Positions 1-9,989 of a stretch of DNA of 43,428 nucleotides are shown here, piece after piece; the stretch's first letter is position 1; every line of letters begins with the position of its first letter. The translations under genes were made by a program, and so were the position numbers. The notes below the pieces were generated by a model. The model saw only the letters and a program-made list of their open reading frames with translations, ran no database searches and was not told where the DNA came from. Source of the stretch: a virus (Duplodnaviria; Caudoviricetes); the IMG/VR virus record IMGVR_UViG_3300017766_001361, positions 1 through 43,428 of that record. One strand, written 5' to 3'.

Positions 1-304
1 CGAACAGAATAAAAAAAGCTGGGCAATGTATACCGACATAGCTAACCAGCTTACATGGCATGGCGAGAAGCTAGAAAAAGAGGATTGGAAAATTTTACTA
101 ACTAACGAGTGGAAGCCACAGTCAATAATTCCAGCAATTAGCGGCGGGTTTTGTGTGTTGAATGCAAAGACTAGCAAGGCTAAAAAGGATGAAATGGCAG
201 ATTTGATCGAAATTGTGTATAGCTTCGGCTCTAGTCATGGCGTTGTGTGGAGTGAGCCGGCAATAGCTTGTTACGCTGAATACAAAGAGGCGCAGAAATG
301 TTAA
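1..304 (+). CDS. ninB: NinB-like recombination protein, 3' part (gene spans the circular junction)
   Basis: Joining 43284-43428 to position 6 gives ...RSNEQNKKSWAMYTDIANQLTWHGEKLEKEDWK...TSKAKKDEMADLIEIVYSFG...GVVWS, the NinB pattern; lies near a NinG-like gene. Confidence 0.85.
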   Translation, partial: EQNKKSWAMYTDIANQLTWHGEKLEKEDWKILLTNEWKPQSIIPAISGGFCVLNAKTSKAKKDEMADLIEIVYSFGSSHGVVWSEPAIACYAEYKEAQKC

Positions 305-777
305 AGGCAAAAGTAGAAGTAGCAAAAAAGCGCGGTAGCAACCCCAAGATGAAAGCGCAGTACATGAAGCGCGCGCGCCGAGGAATGATGGGCTTTACTA
401 TCATATGGGCCGATTCCGATCCATTTACTGAAAACGGAAGGATTGATGGTGGAGAGATAGATCACGCCAATCCTACTCAAAAGCTGATTTGCCGTGATAT
501 GTGGAAACGCTGCAGCCAGTGGATAGTAAGCACAGAATTCACCTGGTCTGTGATTATGCGCGTTGTGTTCGTTGGCGCACCTAAAGGAGATTGCTATTAT
601 GATAACGAGTTCACGTATACATGCACACTGCGCGGCAATAAGTCTGAAATTCTTAACGATGCGATGGAGCAGGCGCTTAAAGAGGCTATTGCGGGAAATT
701 ATGCTTACCCTGACGGCCATAAAAATAAAGGCGTATATTCAGCTTGTGAGTTTATGGCACAGGTCGTGGGGGTGTAA
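298..777 (+). CDS. hypothetical phage protein
   Basis: 159-aa ORF overlapping the ninB stop, preceded by GAGG; fills the operon. Confidence 0.7.
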   Translation: MLKAKVEVAKKRGSNPKMKAQYMKRARRGMMGFTIIWADSDPFTENGRIDGGEIDHANPTQKLICRDMWKRCSQWIVSTEFTWSVIMRVVFVGAPKGDCYYDNEFTYTCTLRGNKSEILNDAMEQALKEAIAGNYAYPDGHKNKGVYSACEFMAQVVGV

Positions 778-1323
778 GTGAAGGAGTTAAAACCAAAGAA
801 GTGCAAGAGCTGCGGAATAATGTTTAAGCCATTTTCAAGCATGGCCAAGGTGTGCTCAATGGCTTGTAGCCTAGATTTTGTTGATAAGCAAAAAGCGGTG
901 AAAGTTAAGCAAGAACACGTCAAGCAAAAAAAAACTTTCTTGGATAATGATAAGTCGTTTCAGCGCGCCAAGGCCCAGAAGGCGTTTAACGAGTTTATTC
1001 GATTGCGCGATGCTGGACTAGGCTGCATTAGTTGCGATAAGCCAAAAGACTGGAGTGGGAAGTGGAACGCTGGCCACTTTAAAACGGTAGGTTCGCGCCC
1101 TGATTTGCGTTTTAACGAAGATAATTGCCACAAGCAATGCGAGCAATGCAACTCATATTTGAGCGGAAATATAGGGCCATATACAAAGGCTTTAGAGCGT
1201 AAAATAGGGGCCGAAAGGCTTGCTGCGCTTGATATTGAGGGTGGGCCACAAAAATACACGGCCAGCGATTACGCGGCTATACACGCTGAATACTCAGCAA
1301 AGATAAAAGAGCTTAAATCATGA
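778..1323 (+). CDS. ninG: NinG/Rap-like recombination endonuclease
   Basis: KPKKCKSC...VCSMAC N-terminal Zn motif; AFNEFIRLRD, CISC, AGHF, LRFNEDNCHKQCEQCNSYLSGN. Confidence 0.9.
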   Translation: MKELKPKKCKSCGIMFKPFSSMAKVCSMACSLDFVDKQKAVKVKQEHVKQKKTFLDNDKSFQRAKAQKAFNEFIRLRDAGLGCISCDKPKDWSGKWNAGHFKTVGSRPDLRFNEDNCHKQCEQCNSYLSGNIGPYTKALERKIGAERLAALDIEGGPQKYTASDYAAIHAEYSAKIKELKS

Positions 1324-1460
1324 GAGAAAACCAACAATGTAACGTATGCAAGCACTATGCCTTATACAAGATGCCAAGCGCAGGTAAGACCATTTGCGCA
1401 CGGTGCCAGGAGATTGAGAGATCAAGAGTGGCAAATGCAAGTGTAAAAAAGAATTTATAG
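1320..1460 (+). CDS. small Zn-ribbon protein (46 aa, absent from ORF track)
   Basis: ATGA overlap with ninG stop; MRENQQCNVCKHYALYKMPSAGKTICARCQEIERSRVANASVKKNL has two CxxC pairs. Confidence 0.6.
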   Translation: MRENQQCNVCKHYALYKMPSAGKTICARCQEIERSRVANASVKKNL

Positions 1461-1496
1461 CGTATACTTCAATCGCACACCAAGTTTGCTCCTATT

Positions 1497-1518
1497 CCCT
1501 GCCTAGGCGGGGTTTTTT
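1497..1518 (+). terminator. intrinsic terminator ending the nin region
   Basis: CCCTGC-CTAG-GCGGGG followed by TTTTTT. Confidence 0.7.
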
Positions 1519-1548
1519 ATTGCCTGAAATATGCTATTATATCCGTTA

Positions 1549-1570
1549 TACGGTTACTATACGGTTACTA
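1549..1570. repeat. 11-bp tandem repeat TACGGTTACTA x2
   Basis: Read directly; ends just before the terS ATG. Confidence 0.8.
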
Positions 1571-1571
1571 A

Positions 1572-1994
1572 ATGGCAAATAAGACTGGTAAAGGCGCATT
1601 CACTGCCGATAATCAACCGCAAAACAGGCGCGGCCCATTGTTCAGAACGATGGCTGTAGCTGCATTAAAAAAGAAATCAATGACAGAGCAAGACTTTGTT
1701 GATTTGCTTGTAGAAAAAGCCGTTGATGAAGGCGGCGTACATCTGCAAGAGCTTCTAAAGCGTTACTATCCAATACACAAGCAAACCCAAGAGCCAATAG
1801 AGTTTGAGTACGAGAAAGAGTGGACGCCATTACAGAAGGCCGACGCTATCATGCAATCAGCATCTAAGGGCGAGATACCGCCAGACATAGCTTCAATGCT
1901 TATAGAGGCGCTAGGTAAGATGATACTTATTGAAGACCAAACCGATTGGATTATTAGATTGCAGGCTATTGAGAAATTACTGGAGTCGAAATAG
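1572..1994 (+). CDS. terS: terminase small subunit
   Basis: Directly upstream of terL; N-terminal G.F..xNQPxxR motif, helical C-terminus. Confidence 0.7.
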   Translation: MANKTGKGAFTADNQPQNRRGPLFRTMAVAALKKKSMTEQDFVDLLVEKAVDEGGVHLQELLKRYYPIHKQTQEPIEFEYEKEWTPLQKADAIMQSASKGEIPPDIASMLIEALGKMILIEDQTDWIIRLQAIEKLLESK

Positions 1995-3659
1995 TTGCGT
2001 AAGCGCCTAACCCTGCAAGCAATTGAAGCCTGCGAGCAAAAGGTCGCCAATGCTGATGGCAGCTTCCACTCTACTGTATTTGGGATAGTGCATCCTAATG
2101 GCGACTTGCTACGCTGCATTGAGTGTATAGATGGTGAATGGATAGAGGTAGACAAGCCTGCTGACATTTACACTGCTGAGAAGCTAGAGCGCGCAGTCAC
2201 AAGCAAGAAGCGCTTTGTTATCGTGATTGGTGGGCGCGGCTCGATGAAGTCCGTAGGTGTAGTTGATATATGCTTGGCAGGGGTTCAGGACTACGGCGAT
2301 AAAGTCTATTGCTTGCGTGAATACCAAAGCTCGATAAGCGAATCAGTTCACGCGCTTAACAAGGGCGAGATACAAAGGCTTGAGCTTGAAGGGTTCGAGA
2401 TACTAGATACCACTATCAGACACAAGAACGGCGGCGAGCTGAAATACCTGGGACTATCAAGAAATCCCGAAAGTATTAAGTCGGCGGCAGGGTTTAGACG
2501 GTTTTTCAGTGAGGAATCGGCAAAGTTAAGCGAATCATCACTAACTAATCTCACCCCCACGGCACGTAACAAAGCAAAGGCCGGACTACCTAATCAGCAG
2601 CAAGAAGAAAAGAAATCGGCTATTGACGATGTGCAAATGTTTTTCGTTGCTAACCCTAACTCAAGCAACGATCCATTTAGTAAGCGCTTTATCGTACCGT
2701 TCCAAAGTGAGCTAGATAAACACGGATTCTACGAAGACGATCTACATCTCATTATCAAGATGAACTATACGGATAACCCATGGTTTTCTGATTCAGGACT
2801 TGAGCAAGAAAGAGCGTTTGACTATGCAAACAAGTCACGCGCTAAGTACGATCACATATGGCTAGGGGCATTTTTGGACGACATTGATAACTCAATCATA
2901 GAGGCTGAATGGTTCGACGCTTGTGTCGATGCACACATTAAGCTTAACTTTAAGCCGTTGGGGCAAGAGAAGATTGCGTTTGACCCTGCTGATAGCGGTG
3001 ACGCCAAGGCAATGGCATATCAGCATGGTTGTGTAGTTCTAGGCGTTACAAGCTCAACCGCTGGCGACATTAACGAGGCCACCGATTGGGCGCTTGGGCA
3101 TGTTAATAAGCTCAAGCCTGACGTTTTCTTGTGGGATAGTGACGGGGTGGGCCTAAGTCTTCGTAGGCAGATTACAGATGGCGTGAAGGGTAAGCGGATA
3201 AAACTAGTTCCCTTCCACGGTGGTGGCTCAGTTGATAGCCCGTTCGATATTTATGACGAGATTGGCAGCGACTTTGCAGGCGACATAGACAAAGAGCGCA
3301 ACAATGCCGAGATGTTCACTAATGCCCGCGCACAATGCTATTGGATGCTGCGGGATAGAATGTTCAAAACTTATTTAGCTGTCGAGAAGGGCCACAACTT
3401 CCCCAATGATGAGCTAATAAGTTTTAGCAGCGGGATCAGTGAGTTGGCAGGCTTAAGGGCGGAGTTATGCAGAATCCCAAGAAAGTACAATAACGCCTCA
3501 GGCCGCGTGCAAATAATGAGCAAGCCAGAAATGAAGAAGTTAGGCATACAATCGCCGAACATGGCCGATGCTGTTATGATGTTACAAAAGCAGGTTGATA
3601 TATATGAGTATGATCAATCAGATTATTCACCCAAGAAAACTACAGGTAATTGGGCATGA
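1995..3659 (+). CDS. terL: terminase large subunit (PBSX-like)
   Basis: Walker A IGGRGSMKS, CLREYQSSISESV, SIKS..G, EE Walker B, NP motif, nuclease FDPADSG, WDSDGVG, SPNMADA; TTG start with GGAG RBS. Confidence 0.95.
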   Translation: MRKRLTLQAIEACEQKVANADGSFHSTVFGIVHPNGDLLRCIECIDGEWIEVDKPADIYTAEKLERAVTSKKRFVIVIGGRGSMKSVGVVDICLAGVQDYGDKVYCLREYQSSISESVHALNKGEIQRLELEGFEILDTTIRHKNGGELKYLGLSRNPESIKSAAGFRRFFSEESAKLSESSLTNLTPTARNKAKAGLPNQQQEEKKSAIDDVQMFFVANPNSSNDPFSKRFIVPFQSELDKHGFYEDDLHLIIKMNYTDNPWFSDSGLEQERAFDYANKSRAKYDHIWLGAFLDDIDNSIIEAEWFDACVDAHIKLNFKPLGQEKIAFDPADSGDAKAMAYQHGCVVLGVTSSTAGDINEATDWALGHVNKLKPDVFLWDSDGVGLSLRRQITDGVKGKRIKLVPFHGGGSVDSPFDIYDEIGSDFAGDIDKERNNAEMFTNARAQCYWMLRDRMFKTYLAVEKGHNFPNDELISFSSGISELAGLRAELCRIPRKYNNASGRVQIMSKPEMKKLGIQSPNMADAVMMLQKQVDIYEYDQSDYSPKKTTGNWA

Positions 3660-5950
3660 CAATAGAATCAATAGTAAAATTTGTAGGCGAAACAAACATA
3701 GCGTCAAGCCTTGATAAAGAAGAGCTTGCCAAGATTGCACGCGGTGTAATTGAGCGCGCCGATCAAGACAAGGCCACCATGAAGGATTGGGAGGATTGTG
3801 TTACGGAAGGTATCAAGCTGTGTAAGCCTGAGTTTAAATCCGGCAATAGACAGTGGCCGGGTGACGCAAACTTCAAGAGCACGATACTCACCGAGGCCGC
3901 TAACACGTTTGGCAATCGCGCCAGTGTTGAGGTTATGCGAGAGCTAAAGCTAGTGGGTGCTGATGTTATTGGTGCTGATACGGTGAAGGCTGTGATTGAT
4001 CGCAAGGCCAGTCAAACCAATCAGCTAAAGTCAGAGCTTGAGCCTTTAGTCGCACAAGTAGCGCAGATGAAAGAAGCGGGACAAGATACCGCTGAGCTAG
4101 ATGCCGTCATTCAGCAATTCCAGCAACAGATTCAAGCTAACGAGAAAACAGTCAAAGAAAAGCGCTTGGCAATGCGCAAGAAGTACGACAAGGCTGATAG
4201 AAGGTCAGAGCTATTAAACTGGCAGATCAACTATGAGATGGCCGAGTGGCGCAAAGACCAGAAACGGTTGTTCTACTCTCTCCCGCTGGAAGGTACGAAG
4301 TTTAAAGAGACGTTTTATGATGATACGCTAGGCCGTTGCATATCGAAAACAATAAAATGGCCTGATTTCATAGTCAATCAATCTGCAACAGATGCAAATA
4401 GTGGTAGGGCATTTACCCACGTTTGCGCATTCACTAAGTCTGAATTTGAAACCCGCGTAAAGGCTGGAATATGGGTAGGCGATGTATACGCCGAAGGCTT
4501 GCCAAGCGATACAGGCGGCAATGAAGAGAGCGACTCCGATAACGCATACGACAACAGCGACAAGTTCTATAAGCAGTATTGTTGGTTAGATTTAGACGAT
4601 GACGGTGTAGAAGAGCCCTATATTGTTACCGTCCACGTTGCGAGCACCACAGTAGTTCGTATCGTTGCCCGTTACGCAATGGATTCAATCATTGTGAAGC
4701 TTGAGGGTGGCCGCCCTATGAAGCTATCCGCCGCGAAGAAGTTACAGCGCTCGCGGATTGATTCTGACAATGAAGAATTCGGCACCAGTCTTGAATACCC
4801 AGCAGAAGATGACTTAAGTGAGTTTGAGGTGGTTCGCATTGAGCCTATGCCAATCCTAACTAAATACGGGCTAATACCTAGTTTCGATGGCACATTCTTA
4901 GATGTTGGTTATTATCACCTGATCGGCTCAATGTCGATGGGGGTGAACAAGACCACCAACACGCTATTGAACAATGGCGACTTGGCAACAATGAACGGCG
5001 GCTGGGCGGCTAAAGGCGCGAAGATGAAAAGCGGTTCATTCGCTGTTAATCCAGCCGAGTTTATCCAGACTGACATCCCGCCTGAGCAGCTAATGCAGTC
5101 GTTCATGCCTTTCCCGTACAAAGAACCAAGTCAGATGCTATTCATGCTCCTGCAGATGATGGAGCAGCAAGCGAGAGGCTTTAGCGCTAACGTTGACGCT
5201 GGCATACAGCCCAACACCGCACCGACTACCGCACTTGCAATGATCCAAGAGTCAATGCTCAAGCAAACCGCACACAACGCAATGATTGCTGACTCGATGG
5301 CAGAAGAGTTCAAAATTCTGTACATGCTAGACCGAGACTATTTTGACGGTGAGCGGTACAAAGAAATCGTAGGCGATGACGAAGCGGTCTTTGCAGAGGA
5401 TTTTGAGGAGGACGGCATTCAAATCACATGCACATCTAACCCAGAAACCTCAAGCAAGATGCAAAGAATGTTATTGGCTGAGGCAGAAATGCAGCAAGTA
5501 CCATTGGTAATCCAAGCGGGCGGTAACGCGGTAGAAATCATTAAAAACTACTTCAACCGCATTGGCTCTGAAAACACCGACAAGATTTTCCCCAACGAAG
5601 CTGAAATGTCGCCAGAAGACAAGGCGCAGATGCAAGCTATGCAGCAGCAACAACAGCAAGCTAACAAGATGGCTGAGACTCAAGAGAAGCTACTCACAGC
5701 ACAGACTGAAATTCTACTGGCCGGAGAGAAGCGCAAAGATGCTGAGTTTGAAGCAAGCAAGCAAGAGACATTGGCAGCGATTGATAAGATGCTGGCCGAG
5801 GTTCGCAAGATCAATGCAGATACTTTGCTAAGCGTTGAAAAGGCGCTTACTGAGAAGGTTAACAACGGGCTTTCCATTACTACCGCTATCAGTAGTGAGA
5901 TGGATAAGGTAGCAGAGCTGGCTAACGGGGAGATTGATGCGAATGAGTGA
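3656..5950 (+). CDS. portal protein (podovirus type)
   Basis: ~765 aa directly after terL (ATGA overlap); LDLDDDGVEEPYIVTV, P.PYKEPS, NTAPTTALAMI motifs; Q-rich coiled-coil C-terminal barrel. Confidence 0.85.
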   Translation: MTIESIVKFVGETNIASSLDKEELAKIARGVIERADQDKATMKDWEDCVTEGIKLCKPEFKSGNRQWPGDANFKSTILTEAANTFGNRASVEVMRELKLVGADVIGADTVKAVIDRKASQTNQLKSELEPLVAQVAQMKEAGQDTAELDAVIQQFQQQIQANEKTVKEKRLAMRKKYDKADRRSELLNWQINYEMAEWRKDQKRLFYSLPLEGTKFKETFYDDTLGRCISKTIKWPDFIVNQSATDANSGRAFTHVCAFTKSEFETRVKAGIWVGDVYAEGLPSDTGGNEESDSDNAYDNSDKFYKQYCWLDLDDDGVEEPYIVTVHVASTTVVRIVARYAMDSIIVKLEGGRPMKLSAAKKLQRSRIDSDNEEFGTSLEYPAEDDLSEFEVVRIEPMPILTKYGLIPSFDGTFLDVGYYHLIGSMSMGVNKTTNTLLNNGDLATMNGGWAAKGAKMKSGSFAVNPAEFIQTDIPPEQLMQSFMPFPYKEPSQMLFMLLQMMEQQARGFSANVDAGIQPNTAPTTALAMIQESMLKQTAHNAMIADSMAEEFKILYMLDRDYFDGERYKEIVGDDEAVFAEDFEEDGIQITCTSNPETSSKMQRMLLAEAEMQQVPLVIQAGGNAVEIIKNYFNRIGSENTDKIFPNEAEMSPEDKAQMQAMQQQQQQANKMAETQEKLLTAQTEILLAGEKRKDAEFEASKQETLAAIDKMLAEVRKINADTLLSVEKALTEKVNNGLSITTAISSEMDKVAELANGEIDANE

Positions 5951-6179
5951 TTCCTATGTTTTTATAGGTAACCCGTCAATAACAATTAAGGCTGGGAAAG
6001 AATGCTTATGCACAATCGATAAGAAGAATAATTATTTTGAGTGTGGAGAATACACTCTCGGCGGGGTCAATTGTAGCGCAAAAATAATACCTCCTATTTC
6101 AGATTGGACGGTAAGAGATGGGCTTATGTATGACATTGGTAAAATTATCTTAGAGGAGCTTGAGAAAAATAATGAATAA
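5943..6179 (+). CDS. hypothetical protein
   Basis: Short ORF coupled to the portal stop; start uncertain (5934-5943). Confidence 0.55.
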   Translation: MSDSYVFIGNPSITIKAGKECLCTIDKKNNYFECGEYTLGGVNCSAKIIPPISDWTVRDGLMYDIGKIILEELEKNNE

Positions 6180-6375
6180 AGACGCATTCATACTTTGGCA
6201 GCAGAACGAAGTCACTCAGATGTTTATGCGAGAGGTTAAAGAAAGCCTTAAATCGCTAACAGATGACGAAATCAGCGGCGCAACAATAGAGGCGTTAGGC
6301 ATTGGCGCGCTGACTAGAAAGGCCAGTATGCGAACGCTAGAAAAAATTCTTAAGTGGAAGCCAGAAGGGGTATAG
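6172..6375 (+). CDS. hypothetical head-region protein
   Basis: GAGGAG upstream; F..W..N.VTQ motif common in small proteins after podovirus portals. Confidence 0.65.
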   Translation: MNKDAFILWQQNEVTQMFMREVKESLKSLTDDEISGATIEALGIGALTRKASMRTLEKILKWKPEGV

Positions 6376-6376
6376 A

Positions 6377-6643
6377 ATGATTCTTAATTTCGAGCACAAG
6401 ACGCCAGCTAATTTTTACGATGGGTTGGTAAAGGTAGATGAAAACGAGGCAGCAATAAAGAAGTGGGGAATGGTTGTTATTGACTTAGACTCCCTGCCCA
6501 AAGATGCAATATTAATTAGCACTAAGGTCATGTTTAGTGCGCTTGAGGCTGGCTATTACCACGAAAGCTCAGGCTATAAAAACGATGAATTCTATTTTGT
6601 AATGGTTCCTAAAAAAGAGGTGATTAATGACAGTAACGATTAA
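6377..6643 (+). CDS. hypothetical protein
   Basis: 88-aa ORF tightly packed in the operon. Confidence 0.6.
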   Translation: MILNFEHKTPANFYDGLVKVDENEAAIKKWGMVVIDLDSLPKDAILISTKVMFSALEAGYYHESSGYKNDEFYFVMVPKKEVINDSND

Positions 6644-7010
6644 AGCAGCAGGCCATAAGCTACTGATTGAGCCTGTAAAGGTAAAGACTGTAAGTGCGGG
6701 CGGTATCATTTTAGGAGATGCTGAGCGTGAGAATAAGGCTATTGGTCTTGGTCGTGTTGTTGATATTGGCCCTACTGCTTTTGTTGGTGTGGCAGGTTGT
6801 GATCCTTCAGGGTATCCAACTAATGACCCACGCTACAAGATGGATGCGCACGAAATTTGGGGCGTAAAGGTTGGCGATGTAGTGATTTACAACCGATTCG
6901 CAGGCTTTAACCCAGATGTTCCAGAGTACAAGGACTTTAAATTTATACCTGACATTGAGGTTTCAGGCGTTGCATGCGGAGAGTTTGAAGTAAGCAAATC
7001 AGATTTTTAA
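6627..7010 (+). CDS. groES: GroES-like co-chaperonin
   Basis: IKAAGHKLLIEP..SAGGIIL, GRVVDIGP, VKVGDVVIYNRFAG match the Cpn10 pattern. Confidence 0.85.
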   Translation: MTVTIKAAGHKLLIEPVKVKTVSAGGIILGDAERENKAIGLGRVVDIGPTAFVGVAGCDPSGYPTNDPRYKMDAHEIWGVKVGDVVIYNRFAGFNPDVPEYKDFKFIPDIEVSGVACGEFEVSKSDF

Positions 7011-7029
7011 ATAACCGAGGGAACCCCCT

Positions 7030-7866
7030 ATGTTTGACCAAGAAGCGCTTGAACAAGAGTTTGACGTAGAAGACGAAGAAATTAACGAGGCGTTAAAGCA
7101 GGAAGAGACCAAGGAAGAGGGCATAGAGCCTAAAGAATCCGAGCCGGCGCCCAAGATGCACATTAGCAAAGAGGACTGGGTAGCTAGTGGGCGCGATGCT
7201 GATTTATGGGTTCCGCCCGAGGTATTCAAAGAGCGTACCCAACGCATTAACGAAACCAGCAAGCTCAAGCAAGAAAATCAGCGGCTACGGGCTGAGCGCG
7301 AAGAAGACAACCGCAGATTAACTAACGTAGCATTCCTTCAGCAACAGCAAATAACCCGCTTACGGGCAGACTTAGAGGGGCGTCGTGATGACGCTATTGA
7401 TGTTGGCGACCGTACAGCGGTTAAGGCATTTGATAAGCAGCTTAGAGATTTAGAGACAGAAGAATCTCTGATTAAAGAACAACCAAAGCAGCAAGCATCT
7501 ATTCCGCCAGAGGTGCAAGAGTGGAATCAAGAAAACCCTTGGCTTACTCCAGACCACCCGCTAAACGGCATGGTTAACGAGGTGTTTGTAAAAGCCATGA
7601 ATCAAGGCAAGACAATCGCAGGCGCTTTGCGAGTTGTTGATCGTGAGCTGGCAAAGCATAAAGACGAGCCGCAGAAAAAGGTTGCCACCAAGTCGATGGT
7701 TGATAGCCCGTCACGCGGCACAGTGTCGCGTTCTGACTCGGTAGGTCTTAGATTCGAGGACTGCACACGCGAAGAGAAAGAGCTGTTTAATGAATTCTAT
7801 AAGCCGAGCGGCGCAACGCTTAAAGAGTTTCTGAAAGATGTATCACTAGCACGCAAAGGTAATTAA
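7030..7866 (+). CDS. scaffolding protein (putative)
   Basis: Acidic N-terminus, long coiled coil, W..ENPW motif; lies between portal and capsid. Confidence 0.75.
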   Translation: MFDQEALEQEFDVEDEEINEALKQEETKEEGIEPKESEPAPKMHISKEDWVASGRDADLWVPPEVFKERTQRINETSKLKQENQRLRAEREEDNRRLTNVAFLQQQQITRLRADLEGRRDDAIDVGDRTAVKAFDKQLRDLETEESLIKEQPKQQASIPPEVQEWNQENPWLTPDHPLNGMVNEVFVKAMNQGKTIAGALRVVDRELAKHKDEPQKKVATKSMVDSPSRGTVSRSDSVGLRFEDCTREEKELFNEFYKPSGATLKEFLKDVSLARKGN

Positions 7867-7868
7867 CC

Positions 7869-8351
7869 ATGATTGAACAATCGAAAGAAGTAACACGCCC
7901 ACGCTCAACTACTGACAAGAGCAACAAAGAGGCCAGCGAGAACCGTTTTAACATTGAATTTGGTGATCGTTCGCGTCCTCGCCAATCTAATGAAAATGAT
8001 GACCTAAACCTATCAATACCTGCCGGTGTAATTCCTGAGGGGTATATCCCGCAATGGGTGATTGATGACGGAAAAGGTTCTTTAGATAGAAAGCTAGGCG
8101 ATTGGTGGGCATTCATTACCGACTCGCAGGGTGTTCGTTATGCGCGCCCAACTGGCGGAGGTAAGACTCAATACCTAATGGTAATAGAGAAAAGCTATTA
8201 CGATGAGTCTGAAGCGTTGCGCATGAATAGATATCGTGCTAGCATTGGTGAAGATGACTCTAAATCCCTTGGCGTTCAAGGTTTGGAGTCATACACGCCG
8301 AACGGTGATGCAAACAAAATTAAGGTCACAACTGACCCTTTTACTAGTTAG
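7869..8351 (+). CDS. conserved head-region hypothetical protein
   Basis: 160 aa between scaffold and capsid genes. Confidence 0.65.
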   Translation: MIEQSKEVTRPRSTTDKSNKEASENRFNIEFGDRSRPRQSNENDDLNLSIPAGVIPEGYIPQWVIDDGKGSLDRKLGDWWAFITDSQGVRYARPTGGGKTQYLMVIEKSYYDESEALRMNRYRASIGEDDSKSLGVQGLESYTPNGDANKIKVTTDPFTS

Positions 8352-8439
8352 CTCACAATTTCAGGCAGCGACCTTTCGCTGGAATTTGAAACGATGAGAT
8401 CACACATTCATTTATCATCTTTTAGTGGAGGTTGCTATT

Positions 8440-8994
8440 ATGGCGATCAAATTATCAGGCTCAGGACTCAATGGAGTTTATGGCCGTTTAAATCAACACC
8501 CTATCGCGTCTAGCCATGCCGGTATTCTGGCAATTGGCGACTTTGTTACTCTCACTGGCACTTCAGATGCTACAACTGGCCAATCTACTGTAGATATTGG
8601 CGTTGCTGGCTCACCCTTGCTTGGCCAGATTGCTGGCTTTGTTCCTGATTACTCAAGCGAAAACTTTACCGATGCTGGTGGCCTTGCGGCTTCTACTGCT
8701 GGCATTGCTTATATTCTTGATGACCCACGCGCTGAGTATATCGCAGACGTATCTAACGGCCCTCTTGCCGCAGCCGATGTAGGTCTTAACGTAAATTTGC
8801 TTGCAACTGTTGCCACTAAATCAGGTGGATTGACTATTTCAAACATGAACGTTAATGCAACTGGCAAAAACACCACTTCATCACTCAATTTCCAAGTTCT
8901 CGCCTTGCTTCCTGATGATGCGGGCGTACTTGGTAATCGTGCATTGGTTCGCCTGAACTCTACTTACTCAATCGCTGGCGCTACAGGGGTATAA
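8440..8994 (+). CDS. capsid decoration/cement protein (putative)
   Basis: GGAGG RBS; G/A/T-rich beta protein (IGDFV, ILDDP, ADVGLN) immediately upstream of the capsid gene. Confidence 0.65.
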   Translation: MAIKLSGSGLNGVYGRLNQHPIASSHAGILAIGDFVTLTGTSDATTGQSTVDIGVAGSPLLGQIAGFVPDYSSENFTDAGGLAASTAGIAYILDDPRAEYIADVSNGPLAAADVGLNVNLLATVATKSGGLTISNMNVNATGKNTTSSLNFQVLALLPDDAGVLGNRALVRLNSTYSIAGATGV

Positions 8995-8997
8995 TTT

Positions 8998-9912
8998 ATG
9001 TCAAATGTTATCACTAGCGGTTCAGCCGCACGTTTATTACAAGATGGCGTTAAGAAGGTTTGGAACGCTGCGAGTAAAGAATGGGAACCGATCTACACCC
9101 AGCTTTACAAAACGGATACCTCTTCGAAAGCGTATGAACTTACTGTTCAAATGGAAAACATGGGCTTGGCTTCTGTTAAGACCGAAGGCGATGATATTAC
9201 CTTCGACTCTTTCCGTCAGTCGTTCGCGCCTAAGTTTGTTCACGTTGCATACGGTAAGGGTTTCATTGTTACCCGCGAAGCCAAAGACGATAACCAATAC
9301 GGTTATTACAAGAAAGGCGCTCGCGCTCTTAACCGTGCAATGAATATCACAAAAGAAGTTCGCACACACGTACTTTACAACACTGCATTTGCTACCAGCT
9401 CAGCAATGACTGGCGGTGACGGTATTGCTATGTGTTCAGCTTCACACATCAACGGCCCGTCTGGTGGTACTTACTCCAACATTATCACTGCTGCTGACTT
9501 TTCGGAATCAGCATTAGAAGATATGTTAAAGGTAATCATGCGCGCTAAAGATGATCGCGGTTTAGCTATTAAATTGCGCGCAATGAAGTTAGTGGGCCAT
9601 ACCAACAGTAAGTTCGAATTTGATCGTGTATTGAATTCTAGCTTGCGTAGCGGTACTGCTGACAACGACAAGAACGTGCTTATGGGTACTGTTGCGAACG
9701 GTGTTGTTACATCTCCCTACTTGGATGCAAACACTAAAGCATGGTTCATCATGACCGATGCCGAAGAAGGTTTGACTTACTACGACCGTGTTCCATTAGA
9801 GTTTGACGAAGATAAAGCGTTTACCTCTGATAACAGTCGCTATAAGGCTTACATGCGTTTCAGCACTGGCTACAGTGATCCTCGCGGTATTTACGGTAGC
9901 AATCCTACCTAA
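8998..9912 (+). CDS. major capsid protein (HK97 fold inferred)
   Basis: 304 aa; S.KAYE, K.EG..I.FD, H..YG.GF.VTREA..DN.Y, GGDG..MCS..H, AWFIMTD, DPRGIYGS; strong codon bias; followed by a terminator. Confidence 0.9.
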   Translation: MSNVITSGSAARLLQDGVKKVWNAASKEWEPIYTQLYKTDTSSKAYELTVQMENMGLASVKTEGDDITFDSFRQSFAPKFVHVAYGKGFIVTREAKDDNQYGYYKKGARALNRAMNITKEVRTHVLYNTAFATSSAMTGGDGIAMCSASHINGPSGGTYSNIITAADFSESALEDMLKVIMRAKDDRGLAIKLRAMKLVGHTNSKFEFDRVLNSSLRSGTADNDKNVLMGTVANGVVTSPYLDANTKAWFIMTDAEEGLTYYDRVPLEFDEDKAFTSDNSRYKAYMRFSTGYSDPRGIYGSNPT

Positions 9913-9918
9913 TTAATC

Positions 9919-9938
9919 GGGGGAGCAATCCCCCTTTT
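9919..9938 (+). terminator. intrinsic terminator
   Basis: GGGGGA-GCAA-TCCCCC-TTTT. Confidence 0.85.
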
Positions 9939-9989
9939 ATTTAATCCTAAATTTTCTACATAGACCGCACGCGGTTTAGGAGTAATAAA

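Noticed and set aside
1337-1344. AATGTAAC core-like word near ninG
   Set aside because: No L boxes, hairpin or closing GTT; it lies inside a coding sequence.
1572-3659. TAG read-through or recoding fusing terS to the in-frame terL
   Set aside because: terL has its own GGAG RBS before TTG, other genes end normally in TAG, and the standard code gives full-length ORFs throughout.
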